Shown in pieces: positions 36,619 to 45,250 of a stretch of DNA of 64,000 bases (positions within the stretch are counted from its first letter, which is position 1; each line of letters begins with the position of its first letter). This DNA comes from an uncultured Desulfobulbia bacterium (lineage in GTDB: Bacteria > Desulfobacterota > Desulfobulbia > Desulfobulbales > SURF-16): assembly GCA_964653055.1 (NCBI GenBank), contig CAZZCA010000007.1, forward strand, positions 11,361 through 75,360, read 5' to 3'. The position numbers were made by a program, and so were the translations under genes. The notes beneath the pieces were generated by a model. It ran no database searches, had not been told where the DNA came from, and saw only the letters and a program-made list of their open reading frames with translations.

Positions 36619-37266
36619 TTAGTCCAGGGCCGGATAGGAGGGTCGTTGACTGGCGACATCGTAGGGGACCCGGCCTTTAGCGTTTAGTTTCTCGGTAAAG
36701 GTGTTGAGGTCCTTTTCGCTGGTAAGAGTCTTTTTGCCGGTAATATCGAAACGGCAATTACAGCGGGTGAGTTGACTGCTGCACCAGGGGCAGATCTCCA
36801 CCGGGCAGCCCATGACATGGTTTTCACCTTCCCGGGCGAAACAGGCGGGACAATGATTTTCCTGTTCCGGCAAGGGAAGATAGTCAGGCAGGTTTGCCGG
36901 ATTTTTTAATTGTTTGCCAAGGGCCTCTTCCTGCCAGCCGAAGAAAGAGATTATCTCTTTGTCCCAGATGCCTTTGGTGCCGGAGCCTAAGAACTCAGCC
37001 TTTTCCCGGTTGACCAGATAGATATAATTCCCCAGGCCGGTATTGGCGCAGATGAGAAAGACCCCCTGTCTGCCGGCAATCATCTTCATGCCGCTTACCC
37101 AATCGTCCAATCCTTCCGGCAGAAAGCTGTAAAAATTATGGAGGAGGTTGAGGGCAATGACATCGTTGGTAAAATTATCGAGAACGCCAAGGGCCAGTTC
37201 CTGATCCTTGGTCGGCGTTCCGTATTTGATCAGGAGCTTGATCTCCTGGATCTGTTTTTCAATCAT
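36619..37266 (-). CDS. Hypothetical protein (215 aa) with C-terminal Cys/His-rich zinc-binding-like module
   Basis: 'HCPACFAREGENHVMGCPVEICPWCSSQLTRCNC'; start overlaps the thiE stop by 8 nt. Confidence 0.6.
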   Translation of the reverse strand: MIEKQIQEIKLLIKYGTPTKDQELALGVLDNFTNDVIALNLLHNFYSFLPEGLDDWVSGMKMIAGRQGVFLICANTGLGNYIYLVNREKAEFLGSGTKGIWDKEIISFFGWQEEALGKQLKNPANLPDYLPLPEQENHCPACFAREGENHVMGCPVEICPWCSSQLTRCNCRFDITGKKTLTSEKDLNTFTEKLNAKGRVPYDVASQRPSYPALD

Positions 37267-37936
37267 TATTTTTTGTTCCGGTGATGGTCTCGTGCCATAG
37301 CCTGGTTTCCGCCTGGATGTCCCGGGCCTTGGTCAGGGCAGTGACAACGGCGATGCGCCTGGCGCCACGACTGGTCAATTCATCGACATTGTCCAGTTTG
37401 ATCCCCCCCATGACGGTAAATGGCAGAGGGGAATGGGCGGAAAACGAGGTGATGGCATCTGGTCCGATAAAAGAGGTCAGGCCGGCCTTGGTTTTGGTGG
37501 GGTAGATGGGGCCGATATTATAATAACTGGCTCCCCGCTCCCGAGCTGTGGCGGCCTGCTCTTCGGTGTTGGCTGAAACTCCGATGATAAAGTCCGGAGC
37601 TATCTTGCGGACCTCGGCCGCCGGCAGATCGGAGTTTCCGAGATGGACACCGTCAGCCCCGGCCATCAGGGCGATATCCACCCGATTGTTTACCAGAAAG
37701 AGGATGCCGGCCTCTGTGGTTTTTCGGCGGAAATAGCGGGCCTTGGCAAACAGGGTGCGGTCGTCGGCGATCTTGTCCCGTAATTGGACAATGCGGGCAC
37801 CGCCGCTGATAACCGCATCCAGCCATTCCTGGTCACTGCGCCCATTGGCAAGTTTTTCGCAGGAAACCGGATAGATGCTCACTTCCTCGGTTAATATTTT
37901 CAGTCGTTTCTGGTATGTCTGGCTGGTAATGGTCAT
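37259..37936 (-). CDS. thiE: Thiamine-phosphate synthase
   Basis: 'GARIVQLRDK', 'LFLVNNRVDIALMAGADGVHLG', 'IGVSANT', 'YYNIGPIYPT.TK', 'FTVMGGI'. Confidence 0.9.
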   Translation of the reverse strand: MTITSQTYQKRLKILTEEVSIYPVSCEKLANGRSDQEWLDAVISGGARIVQLRDKIADDRTLFAKARYFRRKTTEAGILFLVNNRVDIALMAGADGVHLGNSDLPAAEVRKIAPDFIIGVSANTEEQAATARERGASYYNIGPIYPTKTKAGLTSFIGPDAITSFSAHSPLPFTVMGGIKLDNVDELTSRGARRIAVVTALTKARDIQAETRLWHETITGTKNND

Positions 37937-38115
37937 AGTGGTGGTGGAGAAAAATGCAGCTGTCTTGTCAAACAGTGGAATTTTTGTTATATTTTTTTGT
38001 TTACGGATGGTTTCTGTCGCGATTTTCTCATCTTACTTTTCCCGGGAACATCCGTCAATCTTGAATAAATTGGCTACAGCAAGTTAATCTGTCAGGTAGC
38101 CTGAAGGAGTAAATT

Positions 38116-39420
38116 ATGGTCAGTACACCCATAACTGACAATATCGCTGAACTTAGTTTAGACGGTAAAACATATCAATTACCGATTATTGAGGGCTCTG
38201 AAGGAGAACGGGCCATTGATATACGTGCCCTGCGTGGAGAGACCGGCTGCATCACCATGGACAGCGGTTATATGAACACCGGTTCCTGTTGCAGTGATAT
38301 CACCTTTTTAAATGGGGAAGAGGGTATCCTCAATTATCGGGGTTATGCCATTGAAGATCTGGCAGAACACTGTGCCTTTGTTGAGGTGGCCTATCTGCTG
38401 GTCCATGGCTATCTGCCCAATGTTGAACAACTTGAGTCTTTTAAGCAGCTACTTAGCGGATTTGCCTTGATCCATGAGGATATGATTCATTTCTTTGATC
38501 GTTTCCCGGCCAAGGCCCCGCCCATGTCAATTTTGTCGTCCATGGTTAATTCTCTGAGTAGTTTTTATCCGGAGATGGTTGATAACCCTCTGGAGAATAT
38601 CGACATGACAACGGCCCGGTTGATTTCCAAGGTTCGGACCATTGCCGCCTTCTCTTACAAGAAGTCCATTGGTCAGCCTCTGGTTTATCCCCGCCATGAT
38701 TATAATTATTGCGCCAATTTCCTTAATATGATGTTTGATTCCCCGGTTAACCCCTTTGAGCCTCATCCGGTGGTAGTCAAGGCCTTGAATAAGCTTCTTA
38801 TCCTCCATGCCGATCATGAGCAGAATTGTTCTACATCCACTGTGCGTATGGTGGGCAGTGCCCGGGTAAATCTCTATGCCTCGGTCTCTGCCGGAATTAA
38901 CGCCCTCTGGGGGCCATTGCACGGCGGGGCGAATCAGGCGGTAATTGAGATGCTGGAAGAGATCCATGACGCAGGTGCTAATTATAAAGAGTATATTGCC
39001 AAGGCCAAGGATCCGACGGATCCTTTCCGGCTGGTTGGTTTCGGTCATCGGGTATATAAAACCCATGATCCCCGTTCGGTCATTATCAAAGGGGCCTGCG
39101 ACGAGGTGCTGACCGCCCTTGGCATCACTGATGATCCTTTATTGAATATTGCCCAGGAGATCGAGGAAGTCGCCTTGAACGACGAGTATTTTATTGAGCG
39201 GAATCTTTATCCCAATGTGGATTTTTACAGTGGTATAATCTACCGGGCCCTTGGCATCCCCAATAATATGTTCACAGTTATGTTTGCCCTGGGCCGTCTG
39301 CCTGGCTGGATCTCCCATTGGACAGAGATGTGGGATGATCCTAATTGGCGGATCAGCCGGCCCCGGCAGATCTATACCGGTCCTACCCGCCGGGTCTATG
39401 TGCCCCGAGAGGAAAGATAA
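38116..39420 (+). CDS. gltA: Citrate synthase
   Basis: 'LILHADHEQNCSTSTVR', 'GPLHGGANQAV', 'GFGHRVYKTHDPR', 'NVDFYSG'. Confidence 0.93.
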   Translation: MVSTPITDNIAELSLDGKTYQLPIIEGSEGERAIDIRALRGETGCITMDSGYMNTGSCCSDITFLNGEEGILNYRGYAIEDLAEHCAFVEVAYLLVHGYLPNVEQLESFKQLLSGFALIHEDMIHFFDRFPAKAPPMSILSSMVNSLSSFYPEMVDNPLENIDMTTARLISKVRTIAAFSYKKSIGQPLVYPRHDYNYCANFLNMMFDSPVNPFEPHPVVVKALNKLLILHADHEQNCSTSTVRMVGSARVNLYASVSAGINALWGPLHGGANQAVIEMLEEIHDAGANYKEYIAKAKDPTDPFRLVGFGHRVYKTHDPRSVIIKGACDEVLTALGITDDPLLNIAQEIEEVALNDEYFIERNLYPNVDFYSGIIYRALGIPNNMFTVMFALGRLPGWISHWTEMWDDPNWRISRPRQIYTGPTRRVYVPREER

Positions 39421-39515
39421 TAATCCAGGCAACTGAATAAGACCAAAATCTTTATTAAAATAAAATATTCTGGATCCAGCAGTGTTCCAGCAGATTAATC
39501 AGGTAGAGAAAAGAG

Positions 39516-40820
39516 ATGCGGACAGATATCGTTCATATAGGGGCTGGTGAGCTTACCTACGAGATTCGTAATATTGTTAATATCGGGATGAAGCTCCAGG
39601 ATCTGGGGATGAGAACCTATTGGGAAAATATCGGTGATCCGGTGGCCAAGGGGGAGGAGATTCCGACCTGGATGAAGGAAATTGTAGCTGAGCTGGCCAT
39701 GGAGAATGCATCTTACGGCTATTGTCCCACCCGGGGCATGCTGGCAACCAGGGAGTTCATTGCCAAGCAAACCAATAGTCGGGGCGGGGCCCAGATAACC
39801 CCGGAAGATATTCTCTTTTTTAATGGCCTTGGTGATGCCATCAGCAAGATCTTTGGTTTCCTCAAGCGGACAGCCCGGGTGGTGGTACCCACCCCCAGCT
39901 ATACCACCCATTCGTCAGCCGAGGCTGCCCATGCCGGTGACCGGCCGGTTACCTATCTGCTTGATCCGGCTAATAACTGGTACCCGGATCTGGATGATCT
40001 GGAAAAAAGGATTAAATATAATCCAGCAGTGGCCGGTATTTTGATCATTAATCCGGATAACCCCACCGGTGCAGTATATCCGGAGGCGATTCTCAAGGGG
40101 ATGATTGAGCTGGCCCGTAAATATGATCTTTTTGTTGTCTGTGATGAGGTCTATCATCACATTGTCTATAATGGCAAGACCACGGTGCCTATTTCAGATG
40201 TTATCGGTGATGTGCCGGCTATTGCCATGCGTGGGATCTCCAAGGAGATGCCCTGGCCCGGATCCCGTTGTGGCTGGATAGAGGTTTATAATGGCCATAA
40301 GGACCCGATGTTTGAAAAATATGTGGCCTCCATCCTGAATTCCAAGATGGTGGAGGTTTGTTCAACCACTCTGCCCCAGATTGCTTTCCCCAGGCTGGTA
40401 AGTCATCCCCAGTATTTCCCCTACCTGGAGGAGAGGATTGCCCGCTATGAGAAATTCTCCAACATCGCCTATGACTGCCTGAAAGATGAGGATAAGGTGG
40501 TGGTCAACCGGACCAATGGTGCCTTCTATATGAGTGTGGTTTTTGAGGAAGGAGCCCTTAGCCATGAGCAGTCATTGTCCATTGAAAATGCCGAGGTGAC
40601 CAAGGAGATCGAACGGTTGGTGAGCGGTGATAATGTCTCTTTTGATAAGCGTTTTGTCTATTACCTGCTGGGGGCCACCGGGATCTGTGTTGTACCATTG
40701 AGCTCATTTGCCACCGAGCTCCAGGGCTTTCGGGTTACTCTGCTGGAGCGGGATGAGAAGACTTTCAGGGAGATCTTCCAGACCATTGCCGAAAAAATCA
40801 GGGAGTATATCGCCAGCTAA
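39516..40820 (+). CDS. Class I/II PLP-dependent aminotransferase (alanine/aspartate aminotransferase-like)
   Basis: 'LIINPDNPTGAVY', 'VVCDEVYHHIVY', PLP-Lys region 'RGISKEMPWPGSRCGW'. Confidence 0.85.
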   Translation: MRTDIVHIGAGELTYEIRNIVNIGMKLQDLGMRTYWENIGDPVAKGEEIPTWMKEIVAELAMENASYGYCPTRGMLATREFIAKQTNSRGGAQITPEDILFFNGLGDAISKIFGFLKRTARVVVPTPSYTTHSSAEAAHAGDRPVTYLLDPANNWYPDLDDLEKRIKYNPAVAGILIINPDNPTGAVYPEAILKGMIELARKYDLFVVCDEVYHHIVYNGKTTVPISDVIGDVPAIAMRGISKEMPWPGSRCGWIEVYNGHKDPMFEKYVASILNSKMVEVCSTTLPQIAFPRLVSHPQYFPYLEERIARYEKFSNIAYDCLKDEDKVVVNRTNGAFYMSVVFEEGALSHEQSLSIENAEVTKEIERLVSGDNVSFDKRFVYYLLGATGICVVPLSSFATELQGFRVTLLERDEKTFREIFQTIAEKIREYIAS

Positions 40821-41569
40821 TTTTTCTGCCGGCCGATATGGCGGGTCAGGTTCGGTGGCAACTGCCGGACCATGTCCATTTTCTTAAGATTCTTGTCTGC
40901 GGTTATGCCGTTGATATTGATGATTGTCAGCTGCTTTTCCCCTCTATTGTACTGGTTGCTGAGGTCAATAACCCCACCCACCACCATTAACCTGCCTTTC
41001 CTGACCCTCGCCCGGTAACGCTTCAGGGCCTCTGTTACTTGATAATCCACGTTCTTTTCCACCAGGCGCAATTCCTTTTCGTCCGGACTTTCCTGGGGCA
41101 GGGTAATGGCCGCTGCCTGAGTCAGGGGCTGATGCAGATGATCAAGACTTGCCCGAATACTGGTTTCCAGGGAGGTGCTATTGCGGTTGAACAGACGGAT
41201 GGTTGAGCTGTCTGTATTACCGGTTATCAGAAGCAGGGGAGTATGGAGGTGGTTAATACCATAATCAAGGACGCTGGTGCTGGTGATCAGCTGGTTGCCC
41301 AGGTTGCGGATGGTATAGACCGGGGTGGTAGCTTTGGCAATGAGGCTGCGGTTTATTCGGGGATCAGGGTCGGTCAGCCAGCAGAGGACAGGGGCTGAGC
41401 CAGTTTGGGCGTCGGTCCGCTGGTCATTGGCAGTCAAAACTTCTTTCATTACCTCGGCAGGGGGAATCCCAGCCCTTAATTTGGTGCTTGCCCGCATTTC
41501 TGCCTGGGTATTGACAGAAGGCATTAAGCACAAGATCAAGCCTAAGATAACCAGGGTTTTGGCGAACAT
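40817..41569 (-). CDS. Secreted hypothetical protein; possibly a degenerate beta-carbonic-anhydrase-like fold lacking the zinc ligands
   Basis: Signal peptide 'MFAKTLVILGLILCLMPSVNTQA'. 'VYTIRNLGNQL' resembles beta-CA 'FVxRNxGNxV' and 'SVLDYGINHLHTPLLLITGNTDSS' resembles 'SxEYAVxxLxVxxIVVxGHxxCG', but D/N/S stand where Cys/His/Cys are expected. CDS is solid; the family call is tentative. Confidence 0.4.
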   Translation of the reverse strand: MFAKTLVILGLILCLMPSVNTQAEMRASTKLRAGIPPAEVMKEVLTANDQRTDAQTGSAPVLCWLTDPDPRINRSLIAKATTPVYTIRNLGNQLITSTSVLDYGINHLHTPLLLITGNTDSSTIRLFNRNSTSLETSIRASLDHLHQPLTQAAAITLPQESPDEKELRLVEKNVDYQVTEALKRYRARVRKGRLMVVGGVIDLSNQYNRGEKQLTIININGITADKNLKKMDMVRQLPPNLTRHIGRQKN

Positions 41570-41656
41570 GGTATCACTCCTTCGGGTTCAGATTCAGATA
41601 TTAAATTAAAGGTAGCAGAATCATCTCTTTTTGTTAATTCCTTTCTTTTCCCCACC

Positions 41657-41685
41657 TTGACATTGAAAACCACCATACTTATTGT
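41657..41685 (+). promoter_or_regulatory. Candidate promoter of grpE-dnaK (TTGACA-N17-TATTGT)
   Basis: TTGACA 41657-41662; TATTGT 41680-41685. Confidence 0.45.
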
Positions 41686-41751
41686 TCCCTCAAATGATGG
41701 CAATAAAGCTGAATCCGTACAGAAAATTGATTATGCGGGAGGTTGAAGATA

Positions 41752-42330
41752 GTGGCAGGAGATGAGGGCGTTGATAAGGTTCAGAATGGTGAATCTGTAG
41801 ATGATGGTCAGCCGGAAGAGGTTGCGGCTGACCAGGATATGGCAGAAGAGGTAGCAGAAGTGGATGAACTGACCCGGGTCAGTCAGGAAAATGAAGAGCT
41901 GCAGAACAAGCTGCTGCTCCTTGCTGCTGATTTTGATAATTACAAGAAACGGATGGAGCGGGATCGCGGTCTGGCCCTGAAGTACGCAGAAGAGAATATA
42001 CTTAAGGAATTATTACCGGCCATTGATAATCTGGAGCGAGCTCTGGATCAGGGTCGTGAGGTTCAGAATACTGAAGACCTGTTGGCTGGGGTAGAGATGA
42101 CCTATAAGGGAATCATGACTGCTCTGGCAAAGTTTGAGGTGGTGGCTCTGGAAAGTGTTGGCTTCCCTTTTGATCCGAACCAGCATGAGGCTCTCACTGT
42201 TCAGGAAAGTGATGAGGCTGAACCCAATAGTGTTATGGCAGAGTTTGAAAAGGGATATGTTTATAAAGATCGTCTGATTCGACCGGCCAAAGTGGTTGTG
42301 GCTAAACAGGTCGAAGGCAACAAAGAATAG
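41752..42330 (+). CDS. grpE: Nucleotide exchange factor GrpE
   Basis: 'LLLLAADFDNYKKRMERD', 'LLPAIDNLERAL', 'FDPNQHEAL', 'GYVYKDRLIRPAKVVV'. The track start TTG 41743 directly abuts SD GGGAGG (41737-41742), so in-frame GTG 41752 (9-nt spacing) is more plausible. Confidence 0.9.
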   Translation: MAGDEGVDKVQNGESVDDGQPEEVAADQDMAEEVAEVDELTRVSQENEELQNKLLLLAADFDNYKKRMERDRGLALKYAEENILKELLPAIDNLERALDQGREVQNTEDLLAGVEMTYKGIMTALAKFEVVALESVGFPFDPNQHEALTVQESDEAEPNSVMAEFEKGYVYKDRLIRPAKVVVAKQVEGNKE

Positions 42331-42339
42331 GAGTTTGAT

Positions 42340-44238
42340 ATGAGTAAAATTATTGGTATTGATCTGGGAACAACAAATTCATGTGTGTCGGTAATGGAGG
42401 GCGGTGAGCCCAAGGTAATCACCAATGCCGAAGGTAACAGGACCACTCCCTCGGTGGTGGCATTTTCTGATAGTGAAGAGCGTCTGGTGGGCCAGGTTGC
42501 CCGTCGTCAGGCGGTAACTAATCCGGAAAAGACTATTTTTGCGATGAAACGGCTCATTGGCCGTAAGTTCACTGATCCAGAGGTGAAAAAATCCATTGAG
42601 GTCAGTCCTTTTCATATTGTTCAGGGTAATGGTGATCCGGCAATCGAGGTTGACGGTAAACAGTATACCCCGGCTGAACTATCGGCCATGGTGCTTGGCA
42701 AGATGAAGCAGACTGCCGAGGAATACCTGGGTGAGACTGTGGAAGATGCGGTAATTACGGTGCCGGCATATTTTAATGACAGTCAGCGCCAGGCCACCAA
42801 GGATGCCGGCAAGATTGCAGGTCTTAATGTTAAGCGGATTATTAACGAGCCCACTGCCGCTTCCCTGGCCTATGGCCTGGATAAAAAAGGTGATGAAAAA
42901 ATAGCTGTTTTCGATCTGGGTGGCGGTACCTTTGATGTATCTATCCTCGAGATCGGCGATGGTGTTTTTGAGGTGAAATCCACCAACGGTGATACCTTCC
43001 TCGGTGGCGAGGATTTTGATATGCGGATCGTGAACTGGCTTGCCGATGAGTTCAAGCGGGAGCAGGGGATTGATCTGCGTAGTGACAAGATGGCCCTTCA
43101 GCGTCTGAAAGAGGAAGGGGAAAAGGCCAAGAAAGAGCTGTCATCCACCATGGAGACAGAGATTAACCTGCCCTTTATCACTGCTGATGCCTCTGGCCCC
43201 AAGCATCTTAATATTAAATTGAGCCGGTCCAAGCTGGAGACCCTGGTTGAGGATCTCATTGACCGGACCATGGCCCCCTGCCAGACTGCCTTGAAAGATG
43301 CCGGGCTGTCACCGTCTGATATTAATGAGATCATTCTGGTAGGTGGCATGAGTCGGATGCCTCGGGTGCAGGAAAAGGTTAAGGAGATCTTTGGCAAGGA
43401 TCCTCATAAGGGTGTTAACCCGGATGAGGTTGTGGCCATTGGCGCTGCCATTCAGGGTGGGGTTCTTCGTGGTGATGTGAAGGATGTTCTGCTTCTTGAT
43501 GTTACACCTCTCTCCCTGGGTATTGAGACCCTGGGGGCTGTAAGTACAAAATTGATTGAGAAAAACACCACGGTTCCCACCAAGAAGAGCCAGGTGTTTT
43601 CCACAGCGGCGGATAATCAGCCGGCGGTTTCCATCCATGTCATCCAGGGTGAGCGGGAGATGGCGGCTGATAATAAGTCAATTGGTCGCTTTGAACTTGC
43701 TGATATTCCCCCGGCACCCCGGGGTGTCCCCCAGATCGAGGTTACTTTTGATCTGGATGCCAATGGTATTCTCCATGTTTCAGCCAAGGATATGGGAACC
43801 GGTAAGGAACAGTCCATTAAGATTACAGCCTCAAGCGGTATTTCCGAGGAAGAGATCGAACGGATGCAGCGTGATGCCGAGGCCCATGCCGAGGATGACA
43901 AGAAACGACGGGAGATGGTTGAGGCCCGCAACTCCGGAGATTCACTGGCCTATGCCACTGAAAAGAGTCTGAAAGAGGTTGGGGATAAGGTTGATGATGA
44001 GACCCGCTCCAAGGTTGAGGCTGCTATTGAGAAGCTGAAAAAGGCCCTGGAGGGTGACGACCTTGACTCCATCAAGGCTGCCAGTGAAGAGCTGACCGAA
44101 GCCTCTCATAAACTGGCGGAGATCATGTACTCCCAGGCAGCTCAGGAGAACCCTGATGCCGCTGGTGCCGCCGGAGGTGGAGCTGGTCCCAAGCAGGACG
44201 ATGATGTGGTTGACGCTGATTTCGAAGAGGTTAAGTAA
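42340..44238 (+). CDS. dnaK: Molecular chaperone DnaK (Hsp70)
   Basis: '[12 protein letters not shown]', '[15 protein letters not shown]', '[15 protein letters not shown]', C-terminal '[11 protein letters not shown]'. Confidence 0.98.
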   Translation: MSKIIGIDLGTTNSCVSVMEGGEPKVITNAEGNRTTPSVVAFSDSEERLVGQVARRQAVTNPEKTIFAMKRLIGRKFTDPEVKKSIEVSPFHIVQGNGDPAIEVDGKQYTPAELSAMVLGKMKQTAEEYLGETVEDAVITVPAYFNDSQRQATKDAGKIAGLNVKRIINEPTAASLAYGLDKKGDEKIAVFDLGGGTFDVSILEIGDGVFEVKSTNGDTFLGGEDFDMRIVNWLADEFKREQGIDLRSDKMALQRLKEEGEKAKKELSSTMETEINLPFITADASGPKHLNIKLSRSKLETLVEDLIDRTMAPCQTALKDAGLSPSDINEIILVGGMSRMPRVQEKVKEIFGKDPHKGVNPDEVVAIGAAIQGGVLRGDVKDVLLLDVTPLSLGIETLGAVSTKLIEKNTTVPTKKSQVFSTAADNQPAVSIHVIQGEREMAADNKSIGRFELADIPPAPRGVPQIEVTFDLDANGILHVSAKDMGTGKEQSIKITASSGISEEEIERMQRDAEAHAEDDKKRREMVEARNSGDSLAYATEKSLKEVGDKVDDETRSKVEAAIEKLKKALEGDDLDSIKAASEELTEASHKLAEIMYSQAAQENPDAAGAAGGGAGPKQDDDVVDADFEEVK

Positions 44239-44243
44239 AGACC

Positions 44244-45209
44244 ATGCGGATCCTTTCAGGTATTCAGCCATCTGGTAAACTTCATGTTGGCAATTATCTT
44301 GGCGCTATGCAGCCAATGATTGCCAACATGGATCGCGGTGAACTTTTCGCTTTTATCGTTAATTACCATGCCATGACCTCGGTTCATGACCGGGAGGCCC
44401 TGACCCGGGATACCATGGAGGCAGCGGCTGATTTTCTTGCCCTTGGCCTTGATCCTGATCGCTGTACCTTCTGGGTTCAGTCTGATATTCCGGAGGTTGC
44501 CGAACTCGCCTGGATGCTCTCCACCATCACCCCCATGGGCTTGCTGGAGCGCTGTCATTCCTACAAGGACAAGGTGGCCAAGGGGATTACTGCCAGCCAC
44601 GGGCTTTTCGCCTATCCGGTGCTGATGGCGGCGGATATTCTGATGTTCCAGGCTAATATTGTGCCGGTGGGTAAGGATCAGAAGCAGCATATCGAGGTTG
44701 CCCGGGACATTGCCATTAAATTTAATAATACCTTTGGTGAGACCTTTGTCCTCCCAGAGCCGGAGATCAACGATCAGGTTGCCACCATTCCCGGGATTGA
44801 CGGGCAGAAGATGTCCAAGTCCTATGGTAATACAATCGGTATTTTTCTTGATGCCAAGGCCTTGGAGAAAAATGTCATGGCCATTGTTACTGATTCAGCC
44901 CCGGTGGATGAACCAAAGGACCCTGACAAGTGTAATCTCTACAATATCTTTAAACTCTTTGCCACCCCGGAGCGGACTGCGGAAGTTCGGGATCTTTATG
45001 TTAACGGCGGCGCTGCCTATGGTTATCTTAAGCTTGAACTGGTGGATATCCTCTGGGAGTTTTTTCGCACGGCTCGGGAAAAAAGAGAAGAGCTGGTTGC
45101 AGACCAGGGTTATCTCCGTCAGGTGTTAGATGATGGTGCCCAAAAGGCCAGGGCCCGGGCTACAGATACCCTTGACCTGGTTCGGGACAAGGTCGGTCTT
45201 CGTTATTAA
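44244..45209 (+). CDS. trpS: Tryptophan--tRNA ligase
   Basis: 'SGIQPSGKLHVGNYLGA' (HIGH-type), 'GKDQKQHIE', 'KMSKS'. Starts 5 nt after the dnaK stop. Confidence 0.95.
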   Translation: MRILSGIQPSGKLHVGNYLGAMQPMIANMDRGELFAFIVNYHAMTSVHDREALTRDTMEAAADFLALGLDPDRCTFWVQSDIPEVAELAWMLSTITPMGLLERCHSYKDKVAKGITASHGLFAYPVLMAADILMFQANIVPVGKDQKQHIEVARDIAIKFNNTFGETFVLPEPEINDQVATIPGIDGQKMSKSYGNTIGIFLDAKALEKNVMAIVTDSAPVDEPKDPDKCNLYNIFKLFATPERTAEVRDLYVNGGAAYGYLKLELVDILWEFFRTAREKREELVADQGYLRQVLDDGAQKARARATDTLDLVRDKVGLRY

Positions 45210-45250
45210 GGGTGGTTGTCAAAGGGTGTTTAATGTTTTAATCTGGTTTG

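Noticed and set aside
37937-38115. TPP (THI-box) riboswitch upstream of thiE
   Set aside because: I could not find the conserved CUGAGA / ACCUGAUCUGGAUAAUGCCAGCG-type elements on the minus strand of this region.
41570-41751. CIRCE (HrcA) element or E. coli-type sigma32 promoter upstream of grpE-dnaK; also checked upstream of lon (4716-4954) and clpB (46883-47082)
   Set aside because: There is no TTAGCACTC-N9-GAGTGCTAA-like inverted repeat. The CTTGA-containing boxes have no CCCCAT-like partner at 13-15 nt and fit sigma70 spacing better.
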